In this document: piece by piece, positions 28,049 to 39,300 of the stretch
Layout: each line of letters starts with the position of its first letter
Position numbering within the stretch: position 1 is the first letter of the stretch
Sequence record: SRR20825019_2740
Length of the DNA stretch: 64,000 nucleotides
Reading direction: 5' to 3' (one strand)
The notes under the pieces: generated by a model
Database searches by the model: none
Seen by the model: the letters and a program-made list of their open reading frames with translations, nothing else
Told to the model about the DNA's origin: nothing
Program-made: the position numbers and the translations under genes

Positions 28049-28788
28049 GCGAATACCCTGTCCAGTAATGCTTCGAGTACCGGTTTCTGGGTGATTACGC
28101 CGTCGTGGTAATACGGCCAATCGTAGCTGAGGCCGGGATAGGCGCAGTTGCTTAGTCCTGAGCTTTTGCAGAATTCCGGATCGGTTGAGACGGTGAAGCA
28201 CAGGTCGGGGTTGTTCAGGGTACTCTCGGGAATAGCCAGTTCGCGTATGCCGGTTACCAGCCCTGAGGGAAGGTCGAAGTTCCTGTACTCTATGTTTTCG
28301 AAGGGAACATTGTTCTCGCGTGCCGCTGACTGATGCCGCTTGCGCAGGATGGCATCGATCTCATTCAGCCACTCAACGTAGCGTTCTCCGGACAGCACTG
28401 GATCCCAGAAAAGGAATTCCTTTACGGATGCATGGTTAATTTGTGCCGCCAGTGTTGCACCAAACCGCACGCCCAATAACACCACATGGTTGGCACCGGA
28501 GACAGCGATGGCTTCATCAATCGCTTTTTGGATATCGGACAACCAGACTTCTATGGTTGCCTCCGACAACAGTCCCTGGGATTCTGCTGTTCCGTAGTAG
28601 TCGAAGCGAAACGCATGATTCCCGCGCTCGGAAATGGCCACGGACAATTCCGACAAGGCCCGGTAAGTGCGCCGGTACTCGTCAAAAAGCGGTGGGCACA
28701 CAACCACGACTTTTTCTGCATTGGGGTCCGTCGCAGACGAATAGCAGCCGAACAGGCGGCTGTTATCAAAGAAAAAAGGTTCTATCAT
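28045..28788 (-). CDS. Alpha/beta hydrolase fold protein (XrtA-associated hydrolase-2-like)
   Basis: CPP-x2-DE-x2-R, FDYYGT-x-ES-x-G, GVRFGA elbow and WDPV-x-SG-x2-Y. Confidence 0.78.
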   Translation of the reverse strand: MIEPFFFDNSRLFGCYSSATDPNAEKVVVVCPPLFDEYRRTYRALSELSVAISERGNHAFRFDYYGTAESQGLLSEATIEVWLSDIQKAIDEAIAVSGANHVVLLGVRFGATLAAQINHASVKEFLFWDPVLSGERYVEWLNEIDAILRKRHQSAARENNVPFENIEYRNFDLPSGLVTGIRELAIPESTLNNPDLCFTVSTDPEFCKSSGLSNCAYPGLSYDWPYYHDGVITQKPVLEALLDRVFA

Positions 28789-28804
28789 TGCCCGTTACTT
28801 CCCG

Positions 28805-31800
28805 TCATGACTGAAACAGCTTCCTCCAGAACGGCTTCTTGGCGACCGGTGTTTTTGACTGGCTTGGTTCTGAGGGCACCTCATTGATAAGTCTTTCAAG
28901 GTCCGCAACAAGTCCGGCAAAGGTCTCCTTGAGCGACTGTACCGTCTCTGAATCAACAGAAGCCTCGTTGTAGTCAAACACGCCAATGAAACCACCAGGC
29001 TGGATCCGCACCCAGTACTCCACCGGGTATTCGGTGTTCAGCCGGGGCAGGTCCAGTTGCCTGAGCGCCAGGTCGGCAATGGAGGTTGGCCGGTTGCGGA
29101 TGTCCTGAAAAGCAAAGCTGGCCTGGACAAACTCCGGAAACAGCTCCCTCTCGGCAGGCGTGTTACGGACGATATCAGCGTAGGTCACCGTCTGATGGTC
29201 CAGTGTTTCCCTGAGTTGGTCGCTCAGGCTGGCAATGCGCTCCCGGAAGCTGGACGATGGCGCCTGAAGCAAACAGGGAATGGTGGTCACAAAGCTACCA
29301 ATCAGGTTGATCACGTCGGCGCGTTGACGGCCGGACGTGGGCACGCCAAGCACAATACGGTTGTCTTTGTGCGACCGGGAGATGGTCTCCGCGAACAGGC
29401 AGAACAGGATCTCGTGAAGTTTGAGCCCGAGTTCATTACCCACCTTTTCCACCATCGCCAGGCTTGCTTCCGGGAAGTTCAGGGTCTCCCGGGCACATTG
29501 GTTGGGTTTGCCGTAGTTCTCGTTCTCGCGGGCCTCGGATTCCAGGACGCCGGCAATCTTGGCCCTGTGGTAATCGACATCCTCTGTCGACGCACCTTTT
29601 TCAATTGACCACTCAGCGTAATCCCGGAACTCGAACGCCAGTTTGTTGGCTTTTTCCCGTTCCGTATTGCTTTGTACCAGATAGGCGTCCTCCAGTTCCT
29701 TGAGGAAGATATCAAACGACCAGCCATCGAAGACCAGTTGATGTGGCACGAACACGTAGTGGTAGCGGGCATCGCCCAGCACAAACAGCGTGGAGCGGAA
29801 CAGCGGCCGGTCGAGCACCTTGAAGGGTTTGAACGCCAGGTCCCGTGAGCGTTTCAGCGCCGTTTGCTCGGGGTTATCCTCGCCGGTTAGGTCCACAACA
29901 TCGAGTACGGGGACCTGCTTCACTGGCAGGATGCCTTGCTGGTAGCGGCTATCCACCTGGGTAATGACCGTTCGCAGCGCGGTCTGGCGCTCGAAAACCT
30001 TGATCAGGCTACGGGTGAACGTATCAATATCAAGGTTGCCTTCGAGGAACCAGGACGCGGGCAGGTTGTTACACACGTTGTCCGGGTAGGACAGCTGCCG
30101 CAGCAGCAGCCGGGTCTGTTCATGGCTCAGCAAGCGCCGCTGGGCCGTGGGCAGATCCGCCGGTGAGTCTTCGTGCCCGGCGGAGGCCGGCGTGCTGTGG
30201 GAGACTTTCTCGGCGATTTCACTCAGGCTGAGCCCGACGATGTCTTCCGGGGTCAGTTTGATGCCGGTCTGGCTCTCTATCCTGCGGATGGCCTGCAGCG
30301 CGAGCAATGAGTGCCCGCCCAGGCTGAAGAAGTTGTCCTCGCGTACAATCCGGGACTTGGAATTGAGTACGTCGGACCAGACATCGGCAATCATCTCTTC
30401 GGTCTGGTTTGCCAAGGCGGAGGCCTTGAGAATACTGGACTCTCGAAGTTCCGGTTTGGGCAGGCGCCGCCGGTCCATCTTGCCGCTAGGGCTCAGGGGT
30501 ATGCTATCGATGGCAATGATGTATTGAGGGATCATGTACGCTGGTAGCAGTTTTCGAAGTTCCTTGCGGATGCTCACCACATTGGGCACGTCTCCGGATT
30601 CCGAAACCACACAGCCAACGATGCGTGCGTCGCCCGGTGCCAGTTCCCAGACATACGCGCAGGCGGATTTAATGTCAGCGCAGGCGGCGAGGGCGGACTC
30701 AATATCACCCAATTCAATGCGGTAGCCGCGAACCTTCACCTGATCGTCCATGCGGCCCAGATGCTGAAGGTTGCCATCGGGAGTCCATTTCGCCAGATCT
30801 CCGGTGGCATACAGCCTTCCGTGGAGGGGATGGTCAATGTACTTCTCTGAGGTGAGATCGGGCCGATTGTGGTAGCCCGTTGCCAGCCCAAGGCCGCCGA
30901 TGTACAGCTCGCCAGGGCAGGACAGGGGCACCGGATTGCGTTCCCGGTCAAGAATGTGCACCTGGGTATTGTGGATAGGTTTGCCGATGGAGATCAGTTT
31001 GTCGGTCAGGCGCAATGGGTGGCAAGTGGACCAGACGGTGGTTTCCGTCGGACCATACATATTCCACAGTTCGTCCAGGCACCCGAGCAGATCCCGCACC
31101 AGATCCTGGGGCAGTGGTTCCCCGCCACAGAGCCCCTTCATCCTGACCCCATCCTGCCGCCAGTCGGTATCCAGCAGCATGCGCCAGGTTGCCGGGGTTG
31201 CCTGCATGATTGATATCTGGTGATCGAGAATCAGCCGGCGCAGTTTTTCACCGTCCTTTACGCTGTCCTTGTCGGCGATCACGGTTGTGGCGCCCTGAGT
31301 CAGGGGTAACAAAAGCTCCAGGAAGGAGATGTCGAAGGAGAAGGTGGTGACCGCCAGAAGCCGGTCATTGGCTGTGCAACCGGGTTTGTCCGACATGCTC
31401 TCAAGAAAGTTAATCAGAGCCCGGTGAGGAACCAGCACGCCCTTGGGTTTTCCGGTGGAGCCGGAGGTGTAGATAATATAGGCCGTTTGCTCCGGGTCGA
31501 TTCTTACCGGTGGCACGGGGGACGCTTCGGCTGACGCCGGTTCAATTGCCTCATTGATATCGACTTTGAGGAGGTTCACGCCGGCGATGGCCGCAGGCGT
31601 CTGTGAGTCGACGATGACAGCGGAAGCTTCCGAGTCCTCAATCATGTACTGCAATCGAGCCTCCGGAAAGTCCGGGTCCAGGGGCAGGTAAATCGCACCC
31701 AGCTTGAGGATGCCGACAATAGCGGCCAGGGCAGCGTCCGAGCGCTCGACACAGACCGCCACCGTGTTGCCGGCCGCAATACCTTGGTTGGCAAGGCTGG

Positions 31801-33310
31801 CGGCCACGGCATTACTGCGTTCATCGAGCTGCTGGTAGGTCCAGCTACGGTCACCGAACGCGCATGCGAAGGCATCGGGCGTGGCTGAGACATGGTGCTG
31901 CAGGGCGTCGATGACCGTTCCATGGGGCATGTCGCGCTGGGTGTCGTTGGCGCGCTGAACCACGTTCGGTTCCTGTTCCGCGAGGGCAATGCTACCCACG
32001 GCAATCTCAACATCCGCCGTGGCGGTCGCCAGTATCCTTTCCAGGGCCTCAAGCCAGGACACGATGGTGGCCTCGCTGAACAATGCCGTGGAGTAAGTGG
32101 CTTCGATGGTGAGGCTGTCGGACGACGGCAGGATGTTCAGGAACATCTCGAAGTTCTCCGCTGCGCGGGGCACGGTCCGGACTTTGCCTTCTATATCGCC
32201 GAACTGGATGGACTCCAGGGGCTGATCGATGTTGAAAATGGTATTGATCAGCGGAACACGGGTGCGGTCGACGTTGATCGCTTCTATGAGCTTGCCGAAC
32301 GTGAAGTTTGAATGCTCGGAGGCATTGAGCACTTCGGACTTGACCTGTTTGCACAGCTCAGAAAACCGCGTGTCCGGGGTCAGTTGGGCCCGGATTGGCA
32401 GCAGGTGAACCATGTGGCCAACTTGCTTCAGTCGGTTCTGTGTGGCCTGGCCTGCAACGGGGAGCCCCACCACGATGTCGTCGCTGGATGTCAGGCGATG
32501 CAGCAGCACAAAATAGCTCGCCAACACCATGTTCACCATGCTGACTTTCATAGCGGCGGCTGCCTTGGGCAGGCGTTTGGCAAGCTCCGGGTCTATCCGG
32601 TAATCCAGCCGCGTCGCCTCAAAGGTTCGAAAATGGGGCCGCGGGTAATCCAGGGGCAGGTCCAGGTTTGGCGGCACTTCGGCAAAACGATCGATCCAGT
32701 AGTCGTTGTCGATGTTGCTGATTTCTTTGGAATCCACCATTTCCGCGTAATCGAAGAAGGAGATATCCGCTCCGCTGTCGTCCGATTGAGCGCGTTGACT
32801 GCCATAGGATTCGGCCAGTTCGGTCAGCATCAGTCCGATTGACCAGCCGTCACAGACAATATGATGGGCGGCCAGAACCAGTTCGTGGGTGTTGCTGTCG
32901 AGCTTCATCAGCCATGCGAACAGGAGAGGGCCTTCCTCCAGATTCATGGGGGAGATGGCGATGTTCTTCCAGAGATCTCTAATGGCAGCTTCCTGTTCGC
33001 TCGGAGTGCCGCCATTGAGGTCTTCCACCTCCAGTTGGAATGTGGAGGTGTCGTGCAGGCAGATTTCCGTGCCGTTCCTGGAAAACGTTGCCCTCAGAAT
33101 ATCGTGCTTTGCGATAAGGTCATCAAAACACTGGCGGAGCAGATTGACATCAAGGTTGCCGGAAAGCTTAACGGATACGGCCTCGTTAAAGGCGGTGTTG
33201 GCAACGTCGCTAAGCTGGGCAGAGGCGATGATTTCCCTTTGCGGCCCTGTTGCGGGAGCAACCCGCAACAGTTCACCACCGGCGAACGGATTGAAGCTGG
33301 CGGAACTCAT
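28805..33310 (-). CDS. Non-ribosomal peptide synthetase, C-A(Gly)-T-C*
   Basis: C domain HHIVCDG; A domain YTSGSTGKPKG, YGPTETT, TGD; T domain FFSLGGHSL; terminal C-like domain HQLVFDG; no thioesterase. Confidence 0.93.
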   Translation of the reverse strand: MSSASFNPFAGGELLRVAPATGPQREIIASAQLSDVANTAFNEAVSVKLSGNLDVNLLRQCFDDLIAKHDILRATFSRNGTEICLHDTSTFQLEVEDLNGGTPSEQEAAIRDLWKNIAISPMNLEEGPLLFAWLMKLDSNTHELVLAAHHIVCDGWSIGLMLTELAESYGSQRAQSDDSGADISFFDYAEMVDSKEISNIDNDYWIDRFAEVPPNLDLPLDYPRPHFRTFEATRLDYRIDPELAKRLPKAAAAMKVSMVNMVLASYFVLLHRLTSSDDIVVGLPVAGQATQNRLKQVGHMVHLLPIRAQLTPDTRFSELCKQVKSEVLNASEHSNFTFGKLIEAINVDRTRVPLINTIFNIDQPLESIQFGDIEGKVRTVPRAAENFEMFLNILPSSDSLTIEATYSTALFSEATIVSWLEALERILATATADVEIAVGSIALAEQEPNVVQRANDTQRDMPHGTVIDALQHHVSATPDAFACAFGDRSWTYQQLDERSNAVAASLANQGIAAGNTVAVCVERSDAALAAIVGILKLGAIYLPLDPDFPEARLQYMIEDSEASAVIVDSQTPAAIAGVNLLKVDINEAIEPASAEASPVPPVRIDPEQTAYIIYTSGSTGKPKGVLVPHRALINFLESMSDKPGCTANDRLLAVTTFSFDISFLELLLPLTQGATTVIADKDSVKDGEKLRRLILDHQISIMQATPATWRMLLDTDWRQDGVRMKGLCGGEPLPQDLVRDLLGCLDELWNMYGPTETTVWSTCHPLRLTDKLISIGKPIHNTQVHILDRERNPVPLSCPGELYIGGLGLATGYHNRPDLTSEKYIDHPLHGRLYATGDLAKWTPDGNLQHLGRMDDQVKVRGYRIELGDIESALAACADIKSACAYVWELAPGDARIVGCVVSESGDVPNVVSIRKELRKLLPAYMIPQYIIAIDSIPLSPSGKMDRRRLPKPELRESSILKASALANQTEEMIADVWSDVLNSKSRIVREDNFFSLGGHSLLALQAIRRIESQTGIKLTPEDIVGLSLSEIAEKVSHSTPASAGHEDSPADLPTAQRRLLSHEQTRLLLRQLSYPDNVCNNLPASWFLEGNLDIDTFTRSLIKVFERQTALRTVITQVDSRYQQGILPVKQVPVLDVVDLTGEDNPEQTALKRSRDLAFKPFKVLDRPLFRSTLFVLGDARYHYVFVPHQLVFDGWSFDIFLKELEDAYLVQSNTEREKANKLAFEFRDYAEWSIEKGASTEDVDYHRAKIAGVLESEARENENYGKPNQCARETLNFPEASLAMVEKVGNELGLKLHEILFCLFAETISRSHKDNRIVLGVPTSGRQRADVINLIGSFVTTIPCLLQAPSSSFRERIASLSDQLRETLDHQTVTYADIVRNTPAERELFPEFVQASFAFQDIRNRPTSIADLALRQLDLPRLNTEYPVEYWVRIQPGGFIGVFDYNEASVDSETVQSLKETFAGLVADLERLINEVPSEPSQSKTPVAKKPFWRKLFQS

Positions 33311-36300
33311 GGGCGGCCCACCTCCACATATGCGCCTTTATTGTCAGGGTCTTCAATGAAGTAAGCGGGCTCTCCTTTCTCATTTTTTCCCAGCCTGGCA
33401 CCTGCGGGAATGCTGCTGTTGCCACTCAGATACTTCTTGGCCGCCACTTGGTCGCCCTCGAGCAGGCCGTTGACGATGAGGTTCGCCAGGGCCGACTTGA
33501 ACGCCTGCAGTATTTTCTTCACATCTTCGGTGGAGTGCTGGGTTGTCAGGAAGTTTGGACGGTACTGCTGGATGTGGATGCCGTCGAGCGTCATCGACAG
33601 GAACAACAGGTGCCCCCAATGAGACGTCGGGGGAATGGAAATGTAGAACAGCGAGGCAAACTCCTCGAAGCTGACATTGGACTTCAGTTGCTCGATGAAG
33701 GCCTTGGCTTCCCTCGCCATGGCGGTGGTTTTTTCTTCCAGCGCCGGGTAAATCGAATCGCCGTCTTCCTTGATCTTGGTAAGTACCGCTTTGGCAACTG
33801 CCAGGGCCAGCGGGTGCCGCACAAAGGTTCCGGCGAAGAAGGTCACACCCTGCTCGGGGATGGAATCATCGCCAAACTCCCAATAGCCCCCGTCCATCGC
33901 GTCCAGGTACTTGGCTTTGCCGGCGATAATGCCGATGGGATAGCCGCCGCCGACGACCTTGCCGTAGGTCATCATGTCGGCATCAACATCGAAGCGTTTG
34001 CGAATACCGCCGGGGCCAACGCGGAAGCCGGTCACTACCTCATCGAGGATCAGCGCGACGCCGTTTTCTTTCGTAATCCTGCGGATTTCCTGGATGTATT
34101 CCTTGCTGTGGAACTGGGGCTTCCTGCTTTGCACCGGTTCCACCAGTACAGCGGCGATCTCGTCACCCAGTTTTCGGATCTCATCCAGGCTGCTCTGCTC
34201 GCCCCAGGGCAGGAGTATCATGTTTGAGGTTGCTTCCCTGGGCACTCCTGGTGCGGCGGGAAGAGCCTTGTGGTCTTTACCGACCCGCATGACCACTTCA
34301 TCGTGAATGCCGTGGTAGGAGCCTTCGAACGCCACGACCTTGGTGCGCCCGGTGACCGTGCGGGCAACCCGGAGAGCGCCCACGTTTGCCTCAGAGCCTG
34401 TACAGGCAAAGGTGCATCGCTCATTACCTGTAAGTTCACAGAAGAGTTCAGCGACTTCTCCCGCCAATGGGGATTGCGGACCGGTTTCCACGCCGCGGTC
34501 AATCTGGGCCTTAGCAGCGTTGGAAATGAAGTCCGGTGAATGCCCGAACAGAATCGGGCCGAAGCCGTTGGAGGTATCAATAAGCTCGTTGCCGTCGATA
34601 TCCCAGAGTTTCGATCCTTTCGACTCCACTGTGACAATCGGGAAAATGACTTCTTTCCAGCCCGGATTGAAGCCGGAAACACTTCTCGGATCGGCCAGGT
34701 GTTTCCTGTGCTTCTGCGTGTAGCTCTTGGACCCTGCGTATTTTTCCTGGTATTTCGTCATCAACCGGTCAATCCATTCCCGCTGTGCGGAGGTGACTTC
34801 GGTATTGGTTTTCTCCCGTGTGATACGAGTGCCAGGGGTGTGGGCCGGTTTACTGGGTGTGTCGTCGGCGCTCTCGTTGGCGCTTGCCCGTTCCTTGTTT
34901 GCAGCAGCAGCGGGCGCTGGCGTGGATGCGGCTGCCTGTTGGGTTTGCGGAACACTCTGCGCCGTTGAAGCCCCCTGTCGCCCAAGGGCCTGAAGTTGCA
35001 TCTGCATAATCTGCAACTGCGCATTCACGATATCCTGTATAAGGCCACCGGAAGTGGGCATTGCAGTGCTGAAATCAACACCGGAGGGCATGGACATTTG
35101 GCTGCCATCAGCAGGCTGAGGCTGACCAGCTGCCTCCTGAGACGGTGGTGCGGCCTGGGTGACGACCTCGGGCTCAACCTGGGAGGCAATGAACTCCGAG
35201 ATCAATTCCAGGGAGGTGTATTCTTCCACAAGATGTCTGAATGTGATCCCGAGTTTAAACTGCCGCTCCAATGCAGTCGCGACCTGGGTAAGCAACAACG
35301 AATCCAGACCAACCTCACTGAAGTGTGAGGCCGGGTCTGCGTCGCCCAGTTCATACCCCGACACGTCTTCAATGATGGCCATGACATCGGCGCGGATTTT
35401 TTCGGAATGCTGTTTTGAGTCCATTTTAACGTCCTGTGTAACCGGGGTTGCCGGATTAGCCAGATGAGACAGTTGCGAAGCTGCCGCCGTTGAAGGGGCG
35501 ACGCTGTTGGTCATGTTTGCGGGGTCGTTGTTGACCGGGCCGAGCCAGAACGAGTCGTCCGAGAACGCGTAGCCCGGGAGCCGTTCCTTGCAAACCCACA
35601 GCCCCTCAAAGTAACGGTTCCAGTCCAGGGCGTGCCCATCGACCCAGAGCTGGCCAATACTGCGGTAAATGTCATCTTCCGCGTTCTCGTCGGTGCCCTT
35701 GTTGGTGAGAGCGGGATAGGCGTGAATACCTTCAAGCTCCCGGTGGCTATTCGCCAGGTTGACCAGGGTGTTGCCGGGCCCGACTTCCAGGAGACTGATT
35801 CGTTCGCCATCGTTTTCATGACGAAGGCTGAGAGCCTGCAACGCGCTGGAAAACAGCACCGGGTTCCTGAGCTGTTGCGACCAGTACCGGGGCGACATCG
35901 CCTCCTCATCCGTCAGCAGTGCGCCCGTCATGGTTGAATAGATAGGGATGGAGGGCGCCTGCCGTTGAATCGTGGATACGAATGCTTCGAACTCGGGAAC
36001 AATGGGGTCCATCATCGACGAGTGGAACGCATGGCTGGTCTGCAGGATAGTGCTGGCGATCTTCCGCTCGGACAATTCGGCGGAGATCGCCTTGATGGCC
36101 TCCTGCTCACCCGAGAGCACCATAAGGCCAGGCGCATTCACCGCAGCCACCTCAGCCCGCTGGCCAACGAGTTCTTCGATGTCATCCGGGTTTGACCGCA
36201 CAATGAGCATTTTTCCGGCCGGCATGCTTTGCATGAGGGCGCCCCGGGTGGCAACCAGAGCCACGGCGTCCTCAAAACTGAAGATGCCTGCAAGGGCAGC

Positions 36301-39300
36301 GGCGGCGAATTCGCCAATGCTGTGCCCGATCAGAAACGAGGGCGCAACGCCATGCTCTTTCAGGTAGTTTGCCAGTCCGAATTCGAGCAGGAACAGGGCC
36401 GGTTGCACGAAGGAAGTCTGGTTGACCAGATTGTCATCGGCGTTCTGGTCGCCTTCGGCGAACAGGATGCCGCGTATGTCCACCCCACTGGTTTTCAGTA
36501 CGATCTTGCAACCGCGATCAAAGGTCTCCCGATAAGAGCTGGCGTTCTCATACAGCCACTTGCCCATATGTCTGGCCTGGGTACCCTGGCCAGAGAACAT
36601 AAAACCGACACTCTGGTTGGGGTTGTTACCAGCCTGGCCCTTGGCGAAGGATACACCCTGGCCGAGATTCTCCATGGCGGAGGGCAGGTCACCGCCGAAC
36701 ACGATCGCCCGATGATCGAAGTGCTTGCGACCGTGGATCGAGGTATGGGACACATTCGGCAGCAGGGCATCCTTCCGGTTGCTGAAGTAGTCGCAATACC
36801 GGGCGATTTGTCGCTCCAGTGAGGGCTTGCTCTTGGCCGATAGCAGTATCGGGAAACGGCGCTCTGGAGTGATCTCTTTAGGCAGCTCGGGCGCCTGTCC
36901 GGGAACGTATTCCTCCAGGATGACGTGGGCATTGGTACCGCCCACACCAAGAGAGGTAACCGCCGCCCGGCGGGGGGAGGGCAACTTCCAGGCCTCCACT
37001 GCCGTATTGACATAGAAATGGGACTTCTCCAGCTCCAGCTTCGGGTTTGCGGTCTGGAAAAACAATGTGGGCGGTATCTTGTTGTCACGGACGGCCAGAG
37101 TGGATTTAATCAGGCTAGCCAGGCCGGCGGCATGGATGGCGTGCCCGATGTTGGATTTAACAGAACCGATCGCGCAGGTTTTCTCCCGGGTATTCTCTGA
37201 GGAATAACAGCGCCTCAGTGACAACACTTCAATGGGGTCGCCCAGGGGCGTCGCAGTGCCGTGGGTTTCTATGAAACCCACGGAGGAAGGTTCGATGGCA
37301 GCGCGGGCAAGGGCATCCTTATAAACAGCCACTTGGCCGGCCACACTGGGTGCGGTGAAGCTGGCCTTCTGTTCGCCGTCGTTATTTACTGCATAGCCTT
37401 TGATGACGGCGTAGATAGTGTCGCCATCCCGTTCCGCCAGGTCTCGACGTTTCAGGACGATGGCGCCGGCACCGTCGTTGAACGTGGTTCCCGTGGCGTC
37501 CTGGTCGAAAGGCCTGCAATGGCCGTCTTTCGAGAGCATGCTGCCTTCCTGGTAGGCGTACCCGCGCTTCACTGGCGTTGAGATGGACACACCTGCGGCG
37601 ATGGCTTGCTCACATTGGCCGTTGTCGATCGCTTCACAGGCCTGTGCCACTGCGACGAGTCCCGTGGAACACGCCGTAAAGACATTGATGCTTGGGCCCT
37701 TCAGGTTCAACTTATAGGAGATGCGGGTGCTCAGCAGGTCGGGCTCGTTGGCGAGGCCACAGTTGAGAACACCGTAGCTATCAATAATCTCCTTATTTGG
37801 CAGAACATACTGCTGGTAATAACGAGCCCAGTTCATACCAGCGAACACGCCGGTGCGGTATTGGGCATCGCCCGGAGGAATGCCGGCGTCCTCAAGGGCG
37901 TGCCAGCTCAGTTCCAGGAGAATACGCTGCTGCGGATCCATCACCCGGGCTTCTATCGGTGAGATACCAAAGAACTTGGCGTCAAAGCGGTCGTAACCCT
38001 CGACAATACCCTTGGCTTTTACATACGCGGGATTGGAACGTTCTTCTGCACTGACGTCGGGGCTCAGTTCGTCATCGGTAAAGAAACTGACGGTTTCCTT
38101 GCCCGCAAGTAGGTTCTGCCAGTATTCATCCAGATTGTTGGCGCCGGGAAAGCGGCAGGCCATGCCAATGATGGCAAACTCGTTGTTGTTCCTGTCGCCG
38201 CGCCGCGCCGATGCTTCAGTGTCGTCAGCATTGGAACGGGTTGCAAAGAAATTCGCTTGCTGCTGGATCGTCGGGTGCTCGAACACAAACGTGGCACTGA
38301 GCTCAACCTCAAAGGTGCGTTCCAGCAGGGTTGCCAGTTTCAGGGCTTCTAGTGAGGTGCCGCCGGCATCCATGAAGTTGTCGGTATCTTCGACCGGGCG
38401 GTTCAGTATGGTGTTCCAGCTTTCCTGGATGCGGTCCTTGGTGACTCTGGAGGCCTGTGGGGCGTCTTTTGGCGCCGTAGCGTATGGGTCCGGAAGGCGG
38501 GCTTCATCCAGTTTGCCGTTCTTGTTCTTCGGCAATTCGGACACCTGGACAATAAAGTGTGGAATCATGTAGGCCGGGACAACCTCAGCCAACGCCTGGC
38601 GGACGGATTGTGTGCTGAAGCCCGATTCCGACACCAGGTAGGCGGCGAGTCGTTTCTGTCCTTGTGGTCCAATTCGAACAATGACCCGAGCCTCTGTGAC
38701 GAACTCAAGGTTGTTCAATTGGTACTCGATTTCACCTGGCTCGATGCGGTGCCCGTCGATTTTAACCTGCTTATCTATTCTGCCTAAATAATCGTAGCTA
38801 CCATCGTCGTTGAGTTGCGCCAGATCGCCTGTCCTGTAGCCGGTTCGCGACCGGCCGTCTTTGGCTTTCACCTGAATGAACTTCTCAGCGGTCAATTCCG
38901 GCCTGTTGAGGTAACCCAGTGCGAGGCCATCGCCGAAGGCAATGAGTTCACCGGTCTGATCTGGACCCTCTAGAATGTTCAGCTCTGAATCGACAAGAGC
39001 ACATTGGGTACCGGGAATGGGAAACCCAATAGGAATTCGCTTGATATCTTCCGGCAGCGGCCTGGGTATCGGGAATACGGTGGTAAACGTTGTATTCTCG
39101 GTGGGCCCATAGCCGTTGAACAGGGCAGTGTTGGGCAGGTGTTCGAGTGCTTTCCTCACATGTGGCACTGAAAGCGCTTCGCCTCCTGTCAATAACTGTT
39201 TAACAGGCTTGAGGTAGTCAGGGTATTCGGCGATGAACGTGTTAAACAGCGAGGCAGTAAGCCATAGAGTGCTGACATCACGCTCCAGGATAACGTCCCG

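Noticed and set aside
28049-28201. Long N-terminal extensions in the ORF track (also 565-777, 9227-9292, 39997-40077, 40881-41024)
   Set aside because: Downstream starts have an RBS or stop/start coupling, and the extensions overlap neighbouring genes or look non-coding
33448-34227. Long antisense and alternate-frame ORFs (also 22196-22825, 52963-53616, 55576-56244, 59590-60360, 62234-62971)
   Set aside because: Shadows of well-supported genes in GC-rich DNA, with no recognisable motifs
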